Positions 35,946-44,900 of a stretch of DNA of 64,000 bases are shown one piece after another. This DNA is from Lepidodermella squamata (lineage: Eukaryota; Animalia; Gastrotricha). A program made the position numbers and the translations under genes. The stretch spans positions 455,908 through 519,907 of the forward strand of contig JBLDXI010000050.1 in assembly GCA_047495785.1 (NCBI GenBank), given 5' to 3'. Numbering within the stretch: position 1 is the first letter of the stretch; each line of letters opens with the position of its first letter. Under the pieces are notes generated by a model. It saw nothing but the letters and a program-made list of their open reading frames with translations, was not told where the DNA came from and ran no database searches.

Positions 35946-37784
35946 ATGAATATTTTATCTTATGTTATATGGAGTGCGACGATAATTGGAACGGTAGCGA
36001 CGCCCGTCGAGCAGGAATTTTGGCAGAAGCTGTTACTTCTTGGTCGCAGTCATGAAATGATCGCATGGTATGACACTGAAGTCCCTGTTGTCCTCCACCA
36101 CGACCTCCACTTCCGACCACTCCATATCCGAGCCGGCATGTTCAAGTGGAAGGCCCTCAAAGCCATGATTGACCAATGGAACGCCAATTTCCCCAAACTA
36201 ACCCCAATATTCACCGATACCGTCGACGACAACCGTCGAGCCAAACGGGACGTTTGCGAGTATGCGGTGCTACGATGGTTCTATGAACTTTTCAATGGAA
36301 AATGCTCGATATTGGGCAGGGGCGCCAAAGAAGCGCTACTCGATGAAGCCAACACCCTTCAACGCGAAAACACCGTAGCCCGAATAATCAATGACCAGAC
36401 GGCAACACTGTCGACGGAGGCTCATCAACTCCATAGTGAAGTGGGCGACATTGAGGATTTTCTCACTAATTATTATCAAGGTGGAGTGGGCAATGCGGTC
36501 GATTCTCAATTACTACTAGCAGTGTGGCATTTATCGAATTTCGTCGAACAACGCACCGTTTGGGACCAGATCGAACGGTTGAAGGCTGCAAGTCGCATGG
36601 GAAGCTTTGCAATCAGCGATTTGCCGAACGCTGTACGTGCTAAATTCGAAACAGTCGTCATCTCTGCGATCAACCACATTAACGGTTCGGAACTTACGCG
36701 GGCGATGGTCCTAGGGCACGCACCGATCTTCCAACGACCACACTTCCAGTGGGTTACCGAGCAGTCACAAGTAAGCTTCCAACTAAGGGCGTCGCTACCA
36801 ATCGTCGCGATGGAGAGTTGCCATATCTTCCGATTGTCACCAGTGACGTTGAAAACAAACCGCGGTTGTGTAGGACCTGCCGAAGACGCTTACAAGGGCA
36901 AGTTAATTTTGAAATGTGTTGACAAGTACTTTTATTTTGAAGAGAGCCGGCTGGCACAATGTCATCAAGCCAACGCCAGAACCTATCTTTGCGATAACGC
37001 CGCAAGCCAATCCCGAGTTACAGTTCGGCCGAACGCCCATTCACTCGATGTTCTGGCGCATGGCGAGTCAGTGGTGTGCCCGAGATTAAAAACGATTCGA
37101 ATCAGTGGAGATACCGTGTTGTTGACTGGAGATGCCCGGGTCAAGTTTACGAAAGGGGAGAACGTCTCCGAGGAGTTGGCACCGGCTGGTACGGTGATGC
37201 AAATTCCGTGTGGTGGCTCGCTCCAAGTTGCCGACGAGCTACCGCTGATGGTTGTTGGATCCAACTGTATGGACAATCTTTCGATGGCGCCAATCGAAAT
37301 TGCAAGTGTTGACGAGCTCGATTTTACGGTGAATACGAATCAGTCGAATAATACTGTGTTGGAAACCCTGGTGACAAAGATGGTGGCAAGTCGAAAATCG
37401 GATAAGTGGGCAGATTTAGAAGCAGCGTACACCCGTCGTAGTAACGAAATTGGCAATCTGTTCGCGAAAACGGACGAGGAACTCGCTAACGTCAAAGCTG
37501 AAATTGCTAAGATAGTCGAAATTGGCGATCAAGTTCCGCTTGTATGGTACTTCTTGGCAACAATCCTGATGATCCTGTCGATGGCAAATTCTGTAGCTTT
37601 GGTGTTTCTTCTTGGTCGTACAAAGGTGGCAACGACAATTCGTTCGGTAGTACGACCGCAACCAGAACCGCAACTAAGCTTAACGCCGACGGCAGTTCGG
37701 TACGATAAGGAAGAAGATATCGTTTTCATCACGCCACCTGACGAACCCGACGAGCCCGACGTTAAAGATGGGCACCTCATTTAG
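35946..37784 (+). CDS. env: Env-like membrane glycoprotein (putative class I fusion protein), 612 aa
   Basis: Third ORF after pol. Hydrophobic N-terminal signal peptide. Furin-type site RRAKR (aa 97-101) followed by a hydrophobic Cys-flanked segment and a heptad-like helix. Cys-rich middle, N-X-S/T sequons (NGS, NVS, NLS, NQS, NNT), membrane-proximal helix, TM segment at about aa 532-557 and an acidic tail. Confidence 0.85.
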   Translation: MNILSYVIWSATIIGTVATPVEQEFWQKLLLLGRSHEMIAWYDTEVPVVLHHDLHFRPLHIRAGMFKWKALKAMIDQWNANFPKLTPIFTDTVDDNRRAKRDVCEYAVLRWFYELFNGKCSILGRGAKEALLDEANTLQRENTVARIINDQTATLSTEAHQLHSEVGDIEDFLTNYYQGGVGNAVDSQLLLAVWHLSNFVEQRTVWDQIERLKAASRMGSFAISDLPNAVRAKFETVVISAINHINGSELTRAMVLGHAPIFQRPHFQWVTEQSQVSFQLRASLPIVAMESCHIFRLSPVTLKTNRGCVGPAEDAYKGKLILKCVDKYFYFEESRLAQCHQANARTYLCDNAASQSRVTVRPNAHSLDVLAHGESVVCPRLKTIRISGDTVLLTGDARVKFTKGENVSEELAPAGTVMQIPCGGSLQVADELPLMVVGSNCMDNLSMAPIEIASVDELDFTVNTNQSNNTVLETLVTKMVASRKSDKWADLEAAYTRRSNEIGNLFAKTDEELANVKAEIAKIVEIGDQVPLVWYFLATILMILSMANSVALVFLLGRTKVATTIRSVVRPQPEPQLSLTPTAVRYDKEEDIVFITPPDEPDEPDVKDGHLI

Positions 37785-37846
37785 AATAGTTAACACTGTG
37801 TAGCAGGTAGCTCTTTGAACTGAAATATTCTTTTCTGCGCCGTTTG

Positions 37847-37852
37847 TTTATT
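37847..37852 (-). terminator. Minus-strand poly(A) signal AATAAA downstream of the antisense ORF
   Basis: TTTATT on + at 37847-37852, about 275 nt after the antisense ORF stop, at the end of an AT-rich UTR-like tract. Confidence 0.45.
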
Positions 37853-38126
37853 GAAAAGGGGAGGGAAAATAGTAAGTTGAATAGTGGAATGATTGTAGCA
37901 TTCATTACAGTAGTAACGTGCAGTAGTTTGTAGCGTATTATGCAAAGTAGTATACATAGTATACAATGTAGTTGTCGTATGCAATGAATGGTTGCGTGTG
38001 AATGGTAGTGTTGTATAGTTGCATGAATGACTCTGTAAAAACATGTAGTTCAGAATGTATTTTGTTTTGAAAAAGGTTATCTCACAACTCTACGGTCGAC
38101 TGTTCTATATCGGTGTTGGAGTGATG

Positions 38127-38480
38127 TCACGGAACGCGTTGCGGCGCATCCTCGTCGTTATTGTCATCGCCGCCAACAATTGCGACATTGGCAGCAGCCT
38201 GCGGCACAGCCCGATCCACGGTCGCGTCAATCGCGTTAAGCGCATCCGCAAGTTCTGGCGCGAATTCCGCAACCAAGGCCTCCAGCTCCGGATCGGGTGC
38301 CAATAATTGTTGACGGACGCTTTGATGGAAACGCATGACTGCGTCGTCAACTGCAACAGTGCGGGCTTGGTCAGCATAAACCGATAACTGGAGCTCGTAC
38401 GTCGCAATAATAAAATGGGCGAATTCTACGACACCCGCAATCGTCGTTAAGTCTAGAGCTTCGAGGCCCGCGATCGACAT
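38127..38480 (-). CDS. Antisense accessory ORF of unknown function (117 aa from ATG 38480; 163 aa if started at ATG 38618 in the 3' LTR)
   Basis: GC-rich, coding-like segment between AT-rich flanks. ATG lies in CAAAATG context. Product MSIAGLEALDLTTIAGVVEFAHFII...DDNNDEDAPQRVP is Ala/Leu/Val-rich, helical-looking and acidic. No homologue recognised. Confidence 0.55.
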   Translation of the reverse strand: MSIAGLEALDLTTIAGVVEFAHFIIATYELQLSVYADQARTVAVDDAVMRFHQSVRQQLLAPDPELEALVAEFAPELADALNAIDATVDRAVPQAAANVAIVGGDDNNDEDAPQRVP

Positions 38481-38584
38481 TTTGGCAATGTTGCAGATTT
38501 GAAAGTTTCCCAATTGAAATGAATAGGCAATGGCAAGTACCCCAACAAGTTGGTTTGATGGACACCGGTAGTCAAAGGATAAAC

Positions 38585-38594
38585 GGGGAGGAAA
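38585..38594 (+). promoter_or_regulatory. Polypurine tract (PPT)
   Basis: GGGGAGGAAA abuts the TG start of the 3' LTR at 38595. Confidence 0.9.
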
Positions 38595-38921
38595 TGTAAC
38601 CGGTGTGAAGTCGACCATGACGAACCGCCGCTCAGATCGTCGACATGCTACGCATCACCGGCATCGTAGCGCGGTTCCACTCGGCTTACACCGCTACGGC
38701 TCACTGACGTTTTAGCGCGATCCCTGTAGCCGACACAGTAGCTGATGTTTCGCATGACCGGTTCTCATCATCCGGAACCAACACGGCCTCGAAAAACAAC
38801 CCATCCTGATAGTATTTAAGCTGATGTAATTTGTCGATAAAATAACAAGTTGTACAAGTATAATAAAGTTGTGAGATTACCACTTCTGCCGTCTCTTGCC
38901 TAGTGTCGAACCCCTGTTACA
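38595..38921 (+). repeat. 3' LTR (327 bp)
   Basis: Matches 30349-30675 with no mismatch found by eye. AATAAA at 38862-38867. Confidence 0.98.
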
Positions 38922-41900
38922 CTTGTCCGATCATTTTAGTAGCTCTCACAGAAATTTCAGAAAATTCATTGCCCTTGAGTGAATGAAGAATGGCTCGCCG
39001 GCAGAACGCGACGTGTCCGATCATTGTGGTAGCTCTCACAGAAATTTCAGAAAATTTATTGCCCTCGAGTGAAAGGAGAATGCCTCGCCGACAGAACGCG
39101 TTGTGTCCGATCATTGTGGTAGCTCTCACAGAAATTTCAGAAAATTTATTGCCCTTGAGTGAAAGGAGAATGCCTCGCCGACAGAACGCGTTGTGTCCGA
39201 TCATTGTGGTAGCTCTCACAGAAATTTCAGAAAATTCATTTCTCGGGTGCGAAACGATAATGTGGTAGCTCTCACAGAAATTTCAGAAAATTCATTTCCC
39301 GGTTGCGAATCGATAATGCCTGCAGAAAAACGCATCTTGTCCGATCATTTTAGTAGCTCTCACAGAAATTTCAGAAAATTCATTGCCCTTGAGTGAATGA
39401 AGAATGGCTCGCTGGCAGAACGCGACGTGTCCGATCATTGTGGTAGCTCTCGCAGAAAATTCATTGCCCTTGAGTGAATGGAGAATGCCTCGCCGACAGA
39501 ACGCATCGTGTCTGTTTATTGTGGTAGCCATCACAGGAATTTCAGGAAATTCATTGCTCGGGTGCGAATCGATAATGCCTGCAGAAAAACGCATCTTGTC
39601 CGATCATTTTAGTAGCTCTCACAGAAATTTCAGACAATTCATTGCCCTTGAGTGAATGGAGAATGCCTCGCCGACAGAACGCATCGTGTCTGTTTATTGT
39701 GGTAGCCATCACAGAAATTTCAGAAAATTTATTGCCCTTGAGTGAAAGGAGAATGGCTCGCCGGCAGAACGCGACGTGTCGGATCATTTTGGTAGCTCTC
39801 ACAGAAATTTCAGAAAATTTATTGCCCTTGAGTGAAAGGAGAATGCCTCGCCGACAGAACGCGTTGTGTCCGATCATTGTGGTAGCTCTCACAGAAATTT
39901 CAGAAAATTCATTTCTCGGGTGCGAAACGATAATGTGGTAGCTCTCACAGAAATTTCAGAAAATTCATTTCCCGGTTGCGAATCGATAATGCCTGCAGAA
40001 AAACGCATCTTGTCCGATCATTTTAGTAGCTCTCACAGAAATTTCAGAAAATTCATTGCCCTTGAGTGAATGAAGAATGGCTCGCCGGCAGAACGCGACG
40101 TGTCCGATCATTGTGGTAGCTCTCGCAGAAAATTCATTGCCCTTGAGTGAATGGAGAATGGCTCGCCGACAGAACGCATCGTGTCTGTTTATTGTGGTAG
40201 CCATCACAGAAATTTCAGAAAATTCATTTCCCGGTTGCGAATCGATAATGCCTGCAGAAAAACGCATCTTGTCCGATCATTTTAGTAGCTCTCACAGAAA
40301 TTTCAGAAAATTCATTGCCCTTGAGTGAATGAAGAATGGCTCGCTGGCAGAACGCGACGTGTCCGATCATTGTGGTAGCTCTCGCAGAAAATTCATTGCC
40401 CTTGAGTGAATGGAGAATGCCTCGCCGACAGAACGCATCGTGTCTGTTTATTGTGGTAGCCATCACAGGAATTTCAGGAAATTCATTGCTCGGGTGCGAA
40501 TCGATAATGCCTGCAGAAAAACGCATCTTGTCCGATCATTTTAGTAGCTCTCACAGAAATTTCAGACAATTCATTGCCCTTGAGTGAATGGAGAATGCCT
40601 CGCCGACAGAACGCATCGTGCCTGTTTATTGTGGTAGCCATCACAGAAATTTCAGAAAATTTATTGCCCTTGAGTGAAAGGAGAATGCCTCGCCGACAGA
40701 ACGCGTTGTGTCTGCTTATTGTGTTAGCTGTCACAGAATTGTGAGAAAATTCATTTCTCGGGATCGAAACGATTTCAGGAAATTCATTGCTCGGGTGCGA
40801 AACGATAATGCCTGGCAGACAAAACGCATCGTGTCTGTTCATTGTGTTAGCTGTCACAGAAATGTCATGAAAAGAATTGTCTAGGAGGAAATTGAGAATA
40901 CAGCCAGACAGAACGCATCGTGTCCGATCATTGTGGTAGCTCTCATAGAAATTTCAGAAAATTCATTTCTCGGTTGCGAATCGATAATGCCTGCAGAAAA
41001 ACGCATCTTGTCCGATCATTTTAGTAGCTCTCACAGAAATTTCAGACAATTCATTGCCCTTGAGTGAATGGAGAATGCCTCGCCGACAGAACGCATCGTG
41101 TCTGTTTATTGTGGTAGCCATCACAGAAATTTCAGAAAATTTATTGCCCTTGAGTGAAAGGAGAATGCCTCGCCGACAGAACGCGTTGTGTCCGATCATT
41201 GTGGTAGCTCTCACAGAAATTTCAGTAAATTTATTGCCCTTGAGTGAAAGGAGAATGCCTCGCCGACAGAACGCGTTGTGTCTGCTTATTGTGTTAGCTG
41301 TCACAGAATTGTGAGAAAATTCATTTCTCGGGATCGAAACGATTTCAGGAAATTCATTGCTCGGGTGCGAAACGATAATGCCTGGCAGACAAAACGCATC
41401 GTGTCTGTTCATTGTGTTAGCTGTCACAGAAATGTCATGAAAAGAATTGTCTAGGAGGAAATTGAGAATACAGCCAGACAGAACGCGACGTGTCCGATCA
41501 TTGTGGTAGCTCTCGCAGAAAATTCATTGCCCTTGAGTGAATGGAGAATGGCTCGCCGACAGAACGCATCGTGTCTGTTTATTGTGGTAGCCATCACAGG
41601 AATTTCAGGAAATTCATTGCTCGGGTGCGAAACGATAATGCCTGCAGAAAAACGCATCTTGTCCGATCATTTTAGTAGCTCTCACAGAAATTTCAGACAA
41701 TTCATTGCCCTTGAGTGAATGGAGAATGCCTCGCCGACAGAACGCATCGTGTCTGTTTATTGTGGTAGCCATCACAGAAATTTCAGAAAATTTATTGCCC
41801 TTGAGTGAAAGGAGAATGCCTCGCCGACAGAACGCGTTGTGTCTGCTTATTGTGTTAGCTGTCACAGAATTGTGAGAAAATTCATTTCTCGGGATCGAAA

Positions 41901-44900
41901 CGATTTCAGGAAATTCATTGCTCGGGTGCGAAACGATAATGCCTGGCAGACAAAACGCATCGTGTCTGTTCATTGTGTTAGCTGTCACAGAAATGTCATG
42001 AAAAGAATTGTCTAGGAGGAAATTAAGAATACAGCCAGACAGAACGCATCGTGTCCGATCATTGTGGTAGCTCTCATAGAAATTTCAGAAAATTCATTTC
42101 TCGGTTGCGAATCGATAATGCCTGCAGAAAAACGCATCTTGTCCGATCATTTTAGTAGCTCTCACAGAAATTTCAGACAATTCATTGCCCTTGAGTGAAT
42201 GGAGAATGCCTCGCCGACAGAACGCATCGTGTCTGTTTATTGTGGTAGCCATCACAGAAATTTCAGAAAATTTATTGCCCTTGAGTGAAAGGAGAATGCC
42301 TCGCCGACAGAACGCGTTGTGTCTGCTTATTGTGTTAGCTGTCACAGAATTGTGAGAAAATTCATTTCTCGGGATCGAAACGATTTCAGGAAATTCATTG
42401 CTCGGGTGCGAAACGATAATGCCTGGCAGACAAAACGCATCGTGTCTGTTCATTGTGTTAGCTGTCACAGAAATGTCATGAAAAGAATTGTCTAGGAGGA
42501 AATTGAGAATACAGCCAGACAGAACGCGACGTGTCCGATCATTGTGGTAGCTCTCGCAGAAAATTCATTGCCCTTGAGTGAATGGAGAATGGCTCGCCGA
42601 CAGAACGCATCGTGTCTGTTTATTGTGGTAGCCATCACAGGAATTTCAGGAAATTCATTGCTCGGGTGCGAAACGATAATGCCTGCAGAAAAACGCATCT
42701 TGTCCGATCATTTTAGTAGCTCTCACAGAAATTTCAGACAATTCATTGCCCTTGAGTGAATGGAGAATGCCTCGCCGACAGAACGCATCGTGTCTGTTTA
42801 TTGTGGTAGCCATCACAGAAATTTCAGAAAATTTATTGCCCTTGAGTGAAAGGAGAATGCCTCGCCGACAGAACGCGTTGTGTCTGCTTATTGTGTTAGC
42901 TGTCACAGAATTGTGAGAAAATTCATTTCTCGGGATCGAAACGATTTCAGGAAATTCATTGCTCGGGTGCGAAACGATAATGCCTGGCAGACAAAACGCA
43001 TCGTGTCTGTTCATTGTGTTAGCTGTCACAGAAATGTCATGAAAAGAATTGTCTAGGAGGAAATTGAGAATACAGCCAGACAGAACGCATCGTGTCTGTT
43101 TATTGTGGTAGCCATCACAGGAATTTCAGGAAATTCATTGCTCGGGTGCGAAACGATAATGCCTGCAGAAAAACGCATCTTGTCCGATCATTTTAGTAGC
43201 TCTCACAGAAATTTCAGACAATTCATTGCCCTTGAGTGAATGGAGAATGCCTCGCCGACAGAACGCATCGTGTCTGTTTATTGTGGTAGCCATCACAGAA
43301 ATTTCAGAAAATTTATTGCCCTTGAGTGAAAGGAGAATGCCTCGCCGACAGAACGCGTTGTGTCCGATCATTGTGGTAGCTCTCACAGAAATTTCAGTAA
43401 ATTTATTGCCCTTGAGTGAAAGGAGAATGCCTCGCCGACAGAACGCGTTGTGTCTGCTTATTGTGTTAGCTGTCACAGAATTGTGAGAAAATTCATTTCT
43501 CGGGATCGAAACGATTTCAGGAAATTCATTGCTCGGGTGCGAAACGATAATGCCTGGCAGACAAAACGCAGCGTGTCCGATCGTTGTGATAGCTCTCACA
43601 GAAATTTCAGAAAATTCATTTCTCGGTTGCGAATCGATAATGCCTGCAGAAAAACGCATCTTGTCCGATCATTTTAGTAGCTCTCACAGAAATTTCAGAA
43701 AATTCATTGCCCTTGAGTGAATGAAGAATGGCTCGCCGGCAGAACGCGACGTCTCCGATCATTGTGGTAGCTCTCACAGAAAATTCATTGCCCTTCAGTG
43801 AATGGAGAATGCCTCGCCGACAGAACGCATCGTGTCTGTTCATTGTGTTAGCTGTCACAGAAATGTCATGAAAAGAATTGTCTAGGAGGAAATCGAGAAT
43901 ACAGCCAGACAGAACGCATCGTGTCCGATCATTGTGGTAGCTCTCACAGAAATTTCAGAAAATTCATTTCTCGGGTGCGAAACGATAATGTGGTAGCTCT
44001 CACAGAAATTTCAGAAAATTCATTTCCCGGTTGCGAATCGATAATACCTGCAGAAAAACGCATCTTGTCCGATCATTTTAGTAGCTCTCACAGAAATTTC
44101 AGAAAATTCATTGCCCTTGAGTGAATGAAGAATGGCTCGCCGGCAGAACGCGACGTGTCCGATCATTGTGGTAGCTCTCGCAGAAAATTCATTGCCCTTG
44201 AGTGAATGGAGAATGGCTCGCCGACAGAACGCATCGTGTCTGTTTATTGTGGTAGCCATCACAGGAATTTCAGGAAATTCATTGCTCGGGTGCGAAACGA
44301 TAATGCCTGCAGAAAAACGCATCTTGTCCGATCATTTTAGTAGCTCTCACAGAAATTTCAGACAATTCATTGCCCTTGAGTGAATGGAGAATGCCTCGCC
44401 GACAGAACGCATCGTGTCTGTTTATTGTGTTAGCTGTCACAGAAATGTCATGAAAAGAATTGTCTAGGAGGAAATTGAGAATACAGCCAGACAGAACGCA
44501 TCGTGTCTGTTTATTGTGGTAGCCATCACAGGAATTTCAGGAAATTCATTGCTCGGGTGCGAAACGATAATGCCTGCAGAAAAACGCATCTTGTCCGATC
44601 ATTTTAGTAGCTCTCACAGAAATTTCAGACAATTCATTGCCCTTGAGTGAATGGAGAATGCCTCGCCGACAGAACGCATCGTGTCTGTTTATTGTGGTAG
44701 CCATCACAGAAATTTCAGAAAATTTATTGCCCTTGAGTGAAAGGAGAATGCCTCGCCGACAGAACGCGTTGTGTCCGATCATTGTGGTAGCTCTCACAGA
44801 AATTTCAGTAAATTTATTGCCCTTGAGTGAAAGGAGAATGCCTCGCCGACAGAACGCGTTGTGTCTGCTTATTGTGTTAGCTGTCACAGAATTGTGAGAA

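Larger units (their letters stand above)
30349..38921 (+). mobile_element. Full-length env-containing Ty3/Gypsy LTR retrotransposon (Metaviridae, errantivirus-like architecture), 8573 bp
   Basis: TGTAAC...GTTACA termini. 4-bp TSD CTTG at 30345-30348 and 38922-38925. Two LTRs with no difference found by eye. PBS, PPT, gag, pol in PR-RT-RH-IN order and an env-like third ORF are all intact. Confidence 0.98.

Noticed and set aside
30455-37780. Small alternative-frame and antisense ORFs overlapping the LTR, gag, pol and env
   Set aside because: Short shadows of coding sequence with no motifs. Only 38480-38127 lies outside the main genes and has start and poly(A) context.
38055-38407. Competing ORFs 38055-38306 (+) and 38105-38407 (-)
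   Set aside because: Arg-rich, off-frame-like composition, best explained as shadows of the 38480-38127 frame. They should be re-examined if the conservation test fails.
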